Source of the DNA: Candidatus Poribacteria bacterium
GTDB lineage: Bacteria; Poribacteria; WGA-4E; WGA-3G
Assembly: GCA_965205015.1 (NCBI GenBank)
Contig: OZ242029.1
Span: 2,304,001-2,368,000 of the forward strand
DNA: 64,000 bases
Direction of reading: 5' to 3'
Part shown: one piece after another, positions 36,094 to 46,763 of the stretch
How positions within the stretch are numbered: the first letter of the stretch is position 1
How the letters are laid out: every line of letters starts with the position of its first letter
Notes under the pieces: generated by a model
Told to the model about the DNA's origin: nothing
Databases searched by the model: none
Seen by the model: only the letters and a program-made list of their open reading frames with translations
Made by a program: the position numbers and the translations under genes

Positions 36094-37448
36094 CTGATAT
36101 TTCTCAAAAGTTGTCCTAAAGCAATAGTTATCAAGGTTCTTTAGGATTAAGTTTATGAAAATGCGTCATGAAATCCATGAGCGTCTGTCTTTCTCCGGTG
36201 AGTTGAAGCTGTATTTGATGAAATGTGCGTCGCTCTGAGATGCTAACTTGAAGCAACATCAGGTAGCTCATGGCTTTTATGCCAAGACTCACATACGCAC
36301 CTTCTCTGCTTTCCAAACTCATCGCGGAGATGTGCAAACTCGATTTCAAATACCGCCAATACTGTTCAATACCATGGTGTTGCGACCAAATCCTCAGTGC
36401 CTCGCAGGTGCGTAGCGGTTTACCAAAGATTAAGAGGGTGCGTATCTTTTTCCGATCCACAAAGAAGATGACGACACACTCGCCAAAAGTTGGGCTTTCC
36501 GCTTTGAGACGACAGACGGGTTTATCACACCCCCATTGATCTTCACGCAACTCTATGTGCTTTTTATGAGCCGAAAGTTTCGCAGTTGTATCGCCTATGG
36601 TCATGACATAGTTGTTTTTTCCGTGAACGAGTATGCAAGCAAACCCTAACTCCGATAAGGCCTCAACGAGTTTACGACTGCCATACCACGAATCGAAGGT
36701 AATCGGATACTTTCTTAGATCAACGCCTTGGGTATCAAAGAAATCTAAGACATCTTTGAGCATCGCTATCGCAAGACTCGGTTTATCTGTATTGCCACGT
36801 CCTTGTTTACTGACAAGACGCGTCTGTAATGGAATCACGCGATCGCCAACTTTTAGTGTGATCCCTAAGACGTTCTGACACCAGATAGAGGTCTTGTGTT
36901 TTTTCGACCACCACTTTGAACAATAAGAGAGCGTCTCTCCGTAGCGAGGTAGATTCGTATCATCAACACTGACGGTAATCCGCCGCCGCGATTGCGTTGA
37001 AGCACTCTTGCTTTCGGCGTCTTTGATGAAATCGACTGCCATCGCACACCCGAGTCGTAGATTCAAAGACTTCGAGTGATAGAAACTCAGAGAACCGAGG
37101 TGCCGATAAAGACCGGCTTTCGGAAGTTCCAAGGCATCGGCAACTTGATTCGGGTTGTAAAGTCCAAAGAGATGACAAACGCAGAGCAGCAGCAGTGTCT
37201 CAACGACTTGACGCTTCATACACTGAAAGGAAGAACAAAGAAGGTCTTGAAAAAAGAGGGTGGATTTGATAAGATGATCACGCATGCGATGGCCTCCTAA
37301 TGACTCAAAGGTGGTTCTCTGAATCCTTAGGATGCCATTTCATGTGCTAAAAATCAAGCACCCTTTTCAAAACCATCGCATTTTCACCTTGCTATACCTG
37401 CTTTCTCTTTGTTATTACTGCCTTCATGATAACTGTGATAAATATCAG
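36094..37448 (-). mobile_element. Insertion sequence, IS701/IS4-like DDE, 1355 bp
   Basis: Imperfect IRs CTGATATTTCTCAAAAGTTGTC and CTGATATTTATCACAGTTATC; 5-bp TSD ATGAG on both sides. Confidence 0.9.
36131..37285 (-). CDS. DDE transposase (IS701/IS4-like)
   Basis: VSVDDT, ITFDSWYGS, HHGIEQYWRYLK. Confidence 0.88.
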   Translation of the reverse strand: MRDHLIKSTLFFQDLLCSSFQCMKRQVVETLLLLCVCHLFGLYNPNQVADALELPKAGLYRHLGSLSFYHSKSLNLRLGCAMAVDFIKDAESKSASTQSRRRITVSVDDTNLPRYGETLSYCSKWWSKKHKTSIWCQNVLGITLKVGDRVIPLQTRLVSKQGRGNTDKPSLAIAMLKDVLDFFDTQGVDLRKYPITFDSWYGSRKLVEALSELGFACILVHGKNNYVMTIGDTTAKLSAHKKHIELREDQWGCDKPVCRLKAESPTFGECVVIFFVDRKKIRTLLIFGKPLRTCEALRIWSQHHGIEQYWRYLKSSLHISAMSLESREGAYVSLGIKAMSYLMLLQVSISERRTFHQIQLQLTGERQTLMDFMTHFHKLNPKEP

Positions 37449-37508
37449 ATGAGTTTGTAAGTTCCCAACATAAAAAAATAATTTTGCAAGAATACTCGCC
37501 TCGGTATT

Positions 37509-38848
37509 CAGGGTCATTCAATTTTAAGATTCCTCATTTTATGAGGTTAACTGCGAGTATAGGTTTTGCTGCGAGATATTGGAGAGCATCAGTGATTTTT
37601 GTATGTCCGGTGAATCGTAAAACAGAAAGTGCCGTGTTTCGCATGGCTGCCATGACTTGAGGGATCACGCCGGTTCGGACGCATGAGGCATCCTCTCGAA
37701 AGACGGTATCTCGGACCCAATGAAGTTTATTCTCAATCGTCCAATGCTCACGTCGGAGTTTGAGCAAATCCGCTGCCGAGGCACGTTGAGGTGTCAGACT
37801 CGTGATGCCATACTGCACGTGGCACTTGACCTTTTTGGTGTTTTTCTGTTCCTGGTGTGTGATGTATTGATAAACTTGCTGTAGCCCTGGCCAGTCGGAA
37901 TCCTCTCTCAAGAGGGTGCTTGCGGTGAGGGTGCGAGTGGTAATCCTACCTTTTGCGTCTTCTGTGTCTGTATACGTCTGAAGTGTTGCCTCGTTTTCTA
38001 CGTGAAGGTTTTCAAACCGGCGATGCTCGACTTCAGGGGGGTCAGTTTCATCAAAGGGTTCAAAGAGGTCTCGAATATCTTCATATAACTGCTTCTGATT
38101 CGCTTTGACGGGGAGACAATAATCTGCGTGATTTTCAAGAATCTGTTGACAGAACTTACGTTGGCTGAGAAGGGCATCGGTGGTAATCACCAGACCTGCG
38201 ACATCAAAGGCTTTCAGGAGTTCGATGGAAAGTGGGATTTCATTGGTCTTTTCACCCACCGCAGCTTCTGCCACAGGGATGCCTACCTCATGAAAGACGG
38301 CTGCGAGGAGATGTGTCCTGCGGGCATCTTCGCTATGACTGTTGCCTAAGGTTTTGCCATCTATGGCAAGTCCCTTCAAGCCAGACGTGGAAATGGGCAA
38401 ACTGGCTAAAGTCTGTGTTGTCCACTGCGTGAGCGTCTTTTCTACAGCCGTGATGTCCAGACGTTGATAAAGATAATGAAACGTCGATGCTGCCGGGGTT
38501 TGTTTGGCTCTGAACCCCAAGGCGTTTGGCAGGTCTGGGTGGAGGCGTGCCCATTTGGCAATCTGTGTATAGCTGCGTTGTCCACACAAGAGTCCGACAA
38601 CCGTGAGGGCGAGCATCGCGGCTAAGGGGTGGCGGCGTCCTTTTTTCTTGCGTGGATCTGGCACTTTTGCTAACATATCAAGTAAGTGGCAAGAGGAACG
38701 TCTTGTCATGATTCACCTCAAAAACGTGGTAATTTTTAGGGTGAAGTATAGCAGAAGTCGCGTGAAAAGTCACGCGACTTCTGCTTATCTGAAAATATTA
38801 ACACCTGTGAAAAATATGACACCAAAAACCTACAATTGAATGGCCCTG
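37509..38848 (-). mobile_element. ISAs1 family insertion sequence, 1340 bp
   Basis: IRs CAGGGTCATTCAATT and CAGGGCCATTCAATT; 10-bp TSD CCTCGGTATT at 37499-37508 and 38849-38858. Confidence 0.94.
37534..38709 (-). CDS. ISAs1 family transposase
   Basis: VPDPR...RHPL, AIDGKT, KTNEIP, ITTDALLSQ, VKANQ, HWTIENKLHWVRD. Confidence 0.95.
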   Translation of the reverse strand: MTRRSSCHLLDMLAKVPDPRKKKGRRHPLAAMLALTVVGLLCGQRSYTQIAKWARLHPDLPNALGFRAKQTPAASTFHYLYQRLDITAVEKTLTQWTTQTLASLPISTSGLKGLAIDGKTLGNSHSEDARRTHLLAAVFHEVGIPVAEAAVGEKTNEIPLSIELLKAFDVAGLVITTDALLSQRKFCQQILENHADYCLPVKANQKQLYEDIRDLFEPFDETDPPEVEHRRFENLHVENEATLQTYTDTEDAKGRITTRTLTASTLLREDSDWPGLQQVYQYITHQEQKNTKKVKCHVQYGITSLTPQRASAADLLKLRREHWTIENKLHWVRDTVFREDASCVRTGVIPQVMAAMRNTALSVLRFTGHTKITDALQYLAAKPILAVNLIK

Positions 38849-39448
38849 CCTCGGTATTGGAGCAAAGTTTTGGAATAACATGTGGTTTGACTTTCTCCAC
38901 TGCAAAATGGTAAGTAATGCGATGAAAAAGATGAAATCTTTCATCGCTAGTCCACTTCATAAATTCAGTTGTAGCAAGAGCACATTCGCCCTTTCTCCCG
39001 GCTCTGCTTAGTAAAATTGTCAATAGAACATCAGCCCCAGCGAAGAGTTTGCTAGGTCTTTCAGCGAAATTACTTAGCCAAACTAATTTTGATGATCGAA
39101 TAAGTATTTTCTGCATCGTTTCCATTCTCTGAGTACCGACAAGACTTATGGGGACAATAAAGCCAAAACCTCCAGAATTATTCAAAAGCCTCAAACTTCT
39201 TTCACTCGCAAACGCGTAGAGGTTACCACAATCTTCTGTCTCATAATTTTTCACGGCGTAGTCTTTCCTAACCTTTCTATATTCCACATACGGCGGGTTA
39301 CCAATAATCACATCAAAGCCACCGTCCTTCAGAATCCCGTAGAACGCAATGAACCAGTGGAACGGCTTATGTGAAGAAAGCCATGCCTGATAAGCGGGAT
39401 TGGTATCCGCCGAGTCGAGATTTACTTTTTGCTTATCGTTTGTAAAGT

Positions 39449-39459
39449 GGGGGGGGGGG
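39449..39459 (+). repeat. G11 homopolymer inside the methyltransferase gene, out of frame
   Basis: 11 G; G12 or G9 restores the frame into NPPY. Confidence 0.85.
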
Positions 39460-41623
39460 CCGCATTGTATTCGCCAGCAAGGTATTCGTTGAGTTCGTTT
39501 TCTAACGCCCTGAGTTTATCCTGTAAAACTTGTTTGTCTGCTGGGCGCACATCGCCTCCCAATTCCGTCTGCTGCTCCCGAAACAGGAAAGACAACCGCT
39601 CAACATCTTCAACCTTTTCTTCAATGCGCTTCATGGTATCGTCGAAGTCAAATTTACCGGTGACTGCTTCCTTCACCTCATCGTAGGAGGTATAACCGAC
39701 GAGGGTATTTCCTGCCTGAATGTTAAAGTCGATGTCTGGTAGTGGCTCGATCCGTCTCACGTCCTCAAGTTGCGCTACCATTTTTAAGAAAAGGCGCAGT
39801 TTGCAAATCTCAATTGCCTCCTCCATGATGTCTACGCCGTAGAGGTTGTTGATAATGATGGATTTGAGGATGAAGTAACGGTGATTTGGGTGCTGCTTAA
39901 TGTCCTCAAGGATATTGCGGAAGTCGTTATATTTACGAGAGGAGCGTGATTCAGAAATCATTTCTATCTCGTCTAAGAAGACTTGCATCCGATCAAGACA
40001 TGCCTCATAGAGCGGTTCGAGGATATTCAGTGCGGCAAATAGGAATGCCCCGGAACCACAAGTGGGGTCGAGTATTGTCACCTGCGTGATGGATTTCCAG
40101 AAGGCGCGGAGGAGTTCGGGACTTTCACAATTTTCAATAACATCCTGCGCGAATTGACGGATGTTAAGGTTGTAGGTGATTAGATCGTTGATGTCGCGGA
40201 CCTCTCCATTTGCGAGTTTGGCTCGAACGGTCTTGTAACGTTGCCGCCGTGCGACAACCTCTCGCCAGATCTCGGTTGGCAAGGCGTATTCATCGGACGC
40301 GAGTGTGTTCCAGCAATCGTTACGTTTGGAGACATCGTCGATTCCAGCAGCGATTTCCTCTGGCAAATCTAATTTGACCCCTTTTTTTACGGCATCGTAG
40401 ATGTAACGGTCAGGATCTTCTTGTAGGGGTTTCCAGACAGACGGGTTGCCTTCAAACTCGGTTTTGCATGCCTTTCGCGCCTTGTCAAAGAGGCATGGGA
40501 TGATGGTATTTTTGCTGATATAGTCCGTGATGTCTTCTTTGGTGTAGTAGGCACCCATCTGCTTCTGGTTGATGTATTTCTCAAAGATGTAACCGAGGAC
40601 ATCAGGGTTAATCTCGTTATCGTTCCGTAGCGGACGATCGTCGAGATGCCACTGGTATTGCTCAAAGAACTTGAAAAGTTGTTCAAATGCTTTGTCAGGA
40701 ATCTCAATGTTTTCACCGTGGAGTGTTTCAAGGTGGTGTTTCTGAAAGATGCCCCCGTTGAGATAGGGGATTTTACCGAGCAGACGTTTCACCTCTCTGC
40801 TCCGTTCGTTTTCCGGTTTCGCGAATCCGTCAAAGAAAAGCGGACAGAGGAATCCTTTGTAATATCGGTCAGTGTTCTGTGTCAACTTGTTGCGCAGATA
40901 GTTTGGATCGTCATCAAGGAAGCCTTTCTTCTGGATGAAGTAGATGAACATCAAGCGATTAAGCATGACGGAGGCGTACCAGCGTTGCATTTCTTCATCG
41001 GGAATGCCGTTGAGGAATTTGAGGAATGCAGTATGCTCTCTTTTGAAATGGTCATAGAATTTTTTGGTAACCCTTTCAATGTCAAAACTTACCCGAACAC
41101 GGCTCGTTACATCGAACAGTGTAAGTTGCCCTTCCTCCTCAAAACTAAAGGCAATGGCTTCAAGTTTTTGGATCAGCAAGTCACCGGGTTGTGTTGTATG
41201 ATACCGATGTTCACGACACGCTGTGGGTTTTCCGTGCTCTCGCCTTACCCACTGCCAGATGTGTGTGTTTTTTGGGGCATCAGTGTAAATGATAAAGTGC
41301 TCGTAAAAAGATTTTGCAACTTCCTTTTGAATCTTGCGGCGAGTCGTGTAATCTGGGATGTGGTCATCAGATGTAGTTGGTGAACACTCAAAGACGACCA
41401 TCCCGCGTTTTTCAGCAATGGCCGTGAGTCGATAGTCGGTTTCGTCTACTGTGATATTGAGTGGTTGGGTGCGATGATAATCCCAACCGAGTTCTTCAAT
41501 AAAGAGGGTTTCAAATTCGGATTCTTTGAGATATTGGCGTGTTTCTCGAAGGTTCAGCATTTATGTTTTCCTGTGAATTCGTGTGGTTTCAAAGCCTAAC
41601 GATCCAATTTGAGTAGATCATGG

Positions 41624-41905
41624 TTAATAGATATCACCACGATTATCAATTTGAACAATGCGAATTACCCGTCTGTCTCTATCAACTCGGTAAACGAAAC
41701 GAATATCCCCGATGCGATAGCGATAACGTTCTTTTGTTCTGCCGCGCAATCGCCTGATTGTCATAGGGTTTTCGTGATGAAAAGGAGAGTGGGTGATATA
41801 TTCAAAAGCGGCATTAATTCGTTCCCGTGTTTTTTGATCTCGCCGCTTAATAAAATTTTCAACCTTTCTTGGAAGAGGCTCAAGCGTGAAGGGCTGGTGA
41901 TTCAC
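41624..41905 (-). CDS. RelE/ParE family toxin
   Basis: IRRLRG...YRYRIGDIRFVYRV...IDNRGDIY. Confidence 0.9.
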   Translation of the reverse strand: MNHQPFTLEPLPRKVENFIKRRDQKTRERINAAFEYITHSPFHHENPMTIRRLRGRTKERYRYRIGDIRFVYRVDRDRRVIRIVQIDNRGDIY

Positions 41906-42231
41906 AGCCCAATCTCCTTCTTAATCTGAGACCACGGTTTTCCGCCGCCAGCATCTAATTCCTGTTCTGCCTCAGCAATATCTGCCAGGACCTCTGGTTC
42001 TGAATTGATGAGTGCTGTTTCGCGCCAATCCGCAAGAAAAACCGAAAACGTTTCGCGATATTTTTTTTCTTCTGAGGTGTGTGTTAGCAGTTCAAGCAAT
42101 TCCTCGAAAAACTCAACAAGTTCCTCGGGATCCAACCATTTAAGCCACTCAAGGGACTTTGAAATCGGAACAGATTTGACGAACAATTGATCATTCATGA
42201 GGTGTCCAACGACAAGTTTGGGCTTTTTCAT
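41902..42231 (-). CDS. Putative cognate antitoxin
   Basis: Acidic; WRETALI.SEPEVLADIAEAEQEL..G...WSQIKKEIGL RelB/Phd-like tail; GTGA overlap with relE. Confidence 0.8.
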   Translation of the reverse strand: MKKPKLVVGHLMNDQLFVKSVPISKSLEWLKWLDPEELVEFFEELLELLTHTSEEKKYRETFSVFLADWRETALINSEPEVLADIAEAEQELDAGGGKPWSQIKKEIGL

Positions 42232-42269
42232 CTGAGGTCTCCATGTGTGTCAGTGTTAGGTTTAGGCAG

Positions 42270-42298
42270 ATTATACACGATGTATTGATGGGATTCAA
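42270..42298 (-). promoter_or_regulatory. Sigma70 promoter of the antitoxin-relE pair
   Basis: TTGAAT-17 bp-TATAAT; paralogous to 46518-46546. Confidence 0.7.
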
Positions 42299-42398
42299 GT
42301 ATCTTTTTAGGTAAACTAAGGTTTTGGATCTAAGAGTCCGGGGCGGTTAGGTGAAAGACCCTACCGGTTCTGGGACGAGTCTATCTTTTTTCGTAGAT

Positions 42399-45300
42399 TT
42401 ATGCGTTACTTGTACGAAGTCCTAACGAACAAACAATCTGCGGTTCTCGCGTTTGCCGCTCTTCCTCAATAATGCAAAGCCGATCCGTTTCCCATAAATC
42501 AATTACCAATTCTGCAAGAGCTTCGTTGGAAATACTGCTGCGGAGTTGACGGTTGAGAGTATCAGTTGCTGTCTGCCGCAGCGGATACCGGTAAATAGCT
42601 TCAATGACCTGTTTAAGTTGAGGCGTGTTAAGTAGCGTTCCTTCGACCTCTGAGGCGTAATCCTTCAGGCGTTCATAAGTGCGGAACCGTGCCCCTGATG
42701 GGCGTCCGAGTTGTCCGCCACTCGTCCGTTCTTCAGAGACAATCAACTTTGCGGCTTCTTCCACAAGGCGGTGATGTTCTTCGAGCGGTGAGAGTGCCTC
42801 AGTCTTCGGTTGGCACGCTGCAGCTTGGAGAATCGCAAACTGGGATTCGGTTACGCTTTGACCGTCTTGATCTATCCATGCCAGCGCGTCGTTTTCCTGT
42901 CCCGTTCGGATGTAGACCAGCGCGCCTTCGGGTTCGTTATCGGTTAGCGTATGCGGTTGGGTTGAATAGACGACAGAGGAGAGTGCAGGAACAATTTTTT
43001 CTAAATTCGGATCTTGCGTAATGGCGTTTTTCCAAATCTGGTAGGCATGAGAGGCGAGGTCAACATCGTTATCCCGTTCATCGTCAAGCAAGCCTGCCTC
43101 CTCATTATAGAGATTAACAATCGTCTGATTGCCTTCCTCACCGTCGTCTTCAAAAAAGGCTTCGTCCGTGCCGACAACCTCTGCGTTCTGGCGAAGGCGC
43201 GCACGGACGCGTCCGCGTAAGTTAATGATGCGCTCCACGCCTTCGGCGGGTAGGAACGAATAGCACAAAATGTCTTCTGACATCTGACCAATCCGGTCAA
43301 CCCGACCTGCACGCTGCACCAAGCGTATGATTGCCCATGGCAGATCGTAGTTGACAACAATTGAACAGTCCTGCAAATTTTGTCCCTCACTCAGGACATC
43401 TGTACTAATGAGCACCCGCAATTCGTCTGCCCGATTAATTCTATCCCGTTTATTGTTGCTGATAGGACTAAAGCGATGTGCTAAGGCGGTGGGATCTGCC
43501 GAATCGCCAGTCGCTGGAGCGATTTGTGTCATCCCGCGTTCTGAGAGGACATCTGTGAGATACTGCACTGTATCCGCGAATTGTGTGAAGACTAAGACCT
43601 TATCGTCCGGATGTGTCTGGATTAGCAGTTCTTGAAGGGCATTGAGTTTTGCGTCTTGTTCGGGGTTCCATGTGCCGTATTGCTGCAGGATCTCAGTGAG
43701 TGCGAGCGCGTCACCAGTAAGGTCTTTCCGTAGCACGGACAAAAAGAGATTTGGACGCAGCCACTTAAACCTGCTTTTATACTTTGTCCTGTAGAGTCGA
43801 TAGATAGCAGCGGCGCGTTGTTTGTAGCCGTCGTCCGTGTATTGCCGAGATTGTGAGTCGGTATTATCAATCTGTGTGTCATCTTCATCACCAGAAGCAT
43901 CTAAGATAACGGTGGCGTCCTCGGTATCTCTGTCTTCAAACCGAGAATCGAGCATCTCGGCGTTCTGGGATCCGATCGGCAGCGGTTCATCGTTTTCAAG
44001 GGCGTGAAGGAAGATATAATTCCGTAGGATATGCCGATCAACGGATTGAATGAACGCTTGTCCACTGCTTTCGAGTCGTTTGAAAAGATTCGTTCGGCAA
44101 AATCCCATCAATCGTTGTCCCCCACGGGAGAGGTCTTCTAACTGCTGCTGCTCTGTTTCCGTCGGTGGCTCCGATGGTGCGTCAACAATGTAGTTTGCAA
44201 GTCCATACCGAGCCAACTTGAGACTGCTAATCACGTTCACAACAGAAGCAGAGTATAGTTGTGCGTAGGTATCGTCTGGATTTTGATCGTCAATTTCAAA
44301 CTGTATTGTTTTTGGCACGCGCGTAGGAAAGTAGGATCGCGTGCCGTCAGGAAAGGAGAGGAATTTCCGCTGTGTCTCAGGATCCGTGTCGGCGTAATTT
44401 TCCGTGATGAAACTTCGCGTGCGACGCACAAGATACCGGCGCATCAACTCACGCCAGTCGTCAATATACTCACTGTGTTCAAACGCTGAAAGCGTCCGGA
44501 CTCCGCTTTGGTGTTTACGGATAAACTCGGTTTCACTGCCTAACTTCTTGATGTATTGCTCTGGTCGAATGCCGAGATCCTCGGTTTCATCAACAAAAAG
44601 GCGGAGTTGATTAGAGAGATCGAGATAGGTTTTGTTATAGGGGGTCGCGGAGAGGAGGATGACCTTGCTCTCGTTTTGTTGGATATAGTCCTGAATGGCG
44701 CGGTAACGTTTGCCTTCACGGTTTCTGAGATTATGGCTTTCATCAATCATGACGAGGCGATAGCGTCGGAGATCGGGCAATTCGTTAAGCACTCGGCTAA
44801 TTGAGAGCACCCTTCCCCGTAGGCGATATTCCTCTCGATAGTCTTCCCACATATTAACGAGATTCTTCGGACAGATAATCAGTGTTTCAAGGTCGTAATC
44901 GTCTTCCTGTATGCGCGCCAGTGCCGTCCCCATGAGCGTTTTGCCGAGTCCGACGACATCCCCTATGAGCACACCCCCGCGTCTGTTGAGATGATGCGCT
45001 GCGATTTTCACGGCAGCCGTTTGGAATTCAAAGAGTTTGTCCTCAAATTCGCGTGGAATCTGAAATTCAGTCAACCCAGCGCGTGCTTCCTGTGAGAGGT
45101 GATACGCCATTTTGATATAAATGTGATATGGGGGGATGCGTTCCTCACGCGCCCAACTCTGCTCGATAATTTCAATCAATTCCTTAGAAATGTCGATGCA
45201 CCATCTGTCATTCCACCGGTCTTCAAACCAATCCTCTAACTTATCACAAGAATCTGAGTCAACAACATCAATGTTGAGTTCTGCCTGATGTGACAGCCCA

Positions 45301-45797
45301 GAAAGCGTCAAATTGCTACTGCCGAGGTAACCCACAGTCGGCGCGACGAGGTCAGAACGATAGATTAAATAGAGTTTCGCATGGAGCGTATGTCGCAGAA
45401 AGAGTTTTACCTTTACTTTCTCGTCACGAAGTTGTTGTGCCAACTGACGCAATCCTATTTCATCCGCACGCGTCGGCACACCGACAGTCAGTTGTTCTCG
45501 AAATTCCTCTGCCAATCTCCGTTTCAAACGGAGTGCGGTTTGGTTGTCGATTCTGCCGTCCTGCTTCGCGAGTCTCTTGGCATGCCGGAGTTCTTCATTT
45601 GGCAAGCGTTGCATGCCGACAAGTAAGCGGCAGCATTCGTCTGCACCGCCATCCCAATTCTCAACGTAAGATGCGAGTCCTCTCCAGCCACGAAGATTGA
45701 AATAGCCGACACAAAAGTCGGCATGTGTAGCGGTTTCAAGTGTCTGTTGGAGTGCAGGAAGTAGCGGTTGGTCGATATTATCGAAGATACGGGGCAT
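42399..45797 (-). CDS. PLD (HxK) nuclease + SNF2-type SF2 helicase
   Basis: [21 protein letters not shown]; [40 protein letters not shown]. Confidence 0.93.
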   Translation of the reverse strand: MPRIFDNIDQPLLPALQQTLETATHADFCVGYFNLRGWRGLASYVENWDGGADECCRLLVGMQRLPNEELRHAKRLAKQDGRIDNQTALRLKRRLAEEFREQLTVGVPTRADEIGLRQLAQQLRDEKVKVKLFLRHTLHAKLYLIYRSDLVAPTVGYLGSSNLTLSGLSHQAELNIDVVDSDSCDKLEDWFEDRWNDRWCIDISKELIEIIEQSWAREERIPPYHIYIKMAYHLSQEARAGLTEFQIPREFEDKLFEFQTAAVKIAAHHLNRRGGVLIGDVVGLGKTLMGTALARIQEDDYDLETLIICPKNLVNMWEDYREEYRLRGRVLSISRVLNELPDLRRYRLVMIDESHNLRNREGKRYRAIQDYIQQNESKVILLSATPYNKTYLDLSNQLRLFVDETEDLGIRPEQYIKKLGSETEFIRKHQSGVRTLSAFEHSEYIDDWRELMRRYLVRRTRSFITENYADTDPETQRKFLSFPDGTRSYFPTRVPKTIQFEIDDQNPDDTYAQLYSASVVNVISSLKLARYGLANYIVDAPSEPPTETEQQQLEDLSRGGQRLMGFCRTNLFKRLESSGQAFIQSVDRHILRNYIFLHALENDEPLPIGSQNAEMLDSRFEDRDTEDATVILDASGDEDDTQIDNTDSQSRQYTDDGYKQRAAAIYRLYRTKYKSRFKWLRPNLFLSVLRKDLTGDALALTEILQQYGTWNPEQDAKLNALQELLIQTHPDDKVLVFTQFADTVQYLTDVLSERGMTQIAPATGDSADPTALAHRFSPISNNKRDRINRADELRVLISTDVLSEGQNLQDCSIVVNYDLPWAIIRLVQRAGRVDRIGQMSEDILCYSFLPAEGVERIINLRGRVRARLRQNAEVVGTDEAFFEDDGEEGNQTIVNLYNEEAGLLDDERDNDVDLASHAYQIWKNAITQDPNLEKIVPALSSVVYSTQPHTLTDNEPEGALVYIRTGQENDALAWIDQDGQSVTESQFAILQAAACQPKTEALSPLEEHHRLVEEAAKLIVSEERTSGGQLGRPSGARFRTYERLKDYASEVEGTLLNTPQLKQVIEAIYRYPLRQTATDTLNRQLRSSISNEALAELVIDLWETDRLCIIEEERQTREPQIVCSLGLRTSNA

Positions 45798-46478
45798 TTA
45801 GAATGATGTCTCCTCGTCGTCCTCGTCATCCATATCCATTCCGAGGTAAAGTCCCATGGGAGCGAGACCTGCTTTGACTTTTTGGAGTGATCCCATCCCG
45901 AAATGATTGATCTGTAGTAGTTCTGATTCCGTTTTTTCGACGAGTGCTCGTAAGGTATAGATGTTTTCCCTTTCGAGGCAATTGTGGGCTCGGGTCGGGA
46001 GTCTGAGTGCAGTGATAGAGAGAGTTAAGTAATCATCCCGCTCCTGTTCCGTCACATCAGCGATCTCCGGTTCCCTGTAGATGTTAGGGAACAGTGGGTC
46101 CCGTTCATCTTGGACATCGATAATATTTACCCAAGGTGAATCCAACTCCTGTTCTGCCTCAGTCATATCTGACAAGACATCGCTTTCTGGATGGAGCAAA
46201 ACTCTTTGGAGCAAAGGAGGGAGAGATTCCCAAATCCTCGCGTAATCCTCCGATTCTAATGCGGTTTCACGCCAATGGTCCAGAAAGGTCCGAAGCGTCT
46301 CGCTATCTTCCTTTCCCTCTGAAATCTGTGCTATCAATTCAAATAATCCCTCAAAAAACGGAACAAGTTCTTCGACCACTAACGAGCTGATCCAATTGAG
46401 GGGTTTTGAAATCTTAACAGATTTCACGAGCATTTCGTCTTCAATAAGGTATCCAACGACAAGTTTAGCCTTTTTCAT
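45798..46478 (-). CDS. Antitoxin paralogue fused to an RNA polymerase alpha C-terminal domain
   Basis: N-terminus aligns with 41902-42231. C-terminus LRLPTRAHNCLERENIYTLRALVEKTESELLQINHFGMGSLQKVKAGL.MGLYLGM matches the alphaCTD pattern. Confidence 0.85.
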   Translation of the reverse strand: MKKAKLVVGYLIEDEMLVKSVKISKPLNWISSLVVEELVPFFEGLFELIAQISEGKEDSETLRTFLDHWRETALESEDYARIWESLPPLLQRVLLHPESDVLSDMTEAEQELDSPWVNIIDVQDERDPLFPNIYREPEIADVTEQERDDYLTLSITALRLPTRAHNCLERENIYTLRALVEKTESELLQINHFGMGSLQKVKAGLAPMGLYLGMDMDDEDDEETSF

Positions 46479-46517
46479 TTGAAACCTCTGTGTAGCAAGA
46501 GTGTTAAATTTATGCCA

Positions 46518-46546
46518 ATTATACAGGACGTATTGATAGTGTTCAA
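46518..46546 (-). promoter_or_regulatory. Sigma70 promoter of the alphaCTD-fusion/helicase unit
   Basis: TTGAAC-17 bp-TATAAT; spacer shares ATCAATAC with the copy at 42270. Confidence 0.7.
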
Positions 46547-46763
46547 GGTTTTTCGGAGGTCGGAATTACAACTGAACAAATTTTGGAGATTTCGACAAGG
46601 TTTTTCAGAAGAATTGGTTTGACACAATTTTGACTTTCAATTAAACTATCTCCACAAATTGCAGTTCTTGCGTTCGATTTTTCATGGAAGCGGCGGATTT
46701 CGTGCCGTTCCCAAATTGTGCTCTTAAGGCACAATGTGTTTTTCCTTTACAGTGGAGGCTCTC

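Larger units (their letters stand above)
35558..41560 (-). pseudogene. Type IIG/Eco57I-like N6-adenine methyltransferase with TRD, ~1097 aa when restored; G11 frameshift and two IS insertions
   Basis: Motif I ILDPTCGSGAF and motif IV IIGNPPY. Removing both IS plus one TSD copy each and adding one G gives a continuous 3294-nt frame (…NTEASILAKLFFYVGNLQTHLLKRSSSPIYYRTSGGRYWK…). Confidence 0.9.

Noticed and set aside
40646-41383. 245-aa plus-strand ORF and similar antisense ORFs (e.g. 24232-24885, 55024-55515)
   Set aside because: Shadow frames of well-supported genes, with no motifs or RBS.
35558-45797. Canonical DISARM or BREX
   Set aside because: No DrmA/DrmB (DUF1998) and no PglZ/BrxC genes are seen.
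45798-46478. Genuine rpoA gene
   Set aside because: No alpha N-terminal domain and no ribosomal operon context; only the CTD is present.
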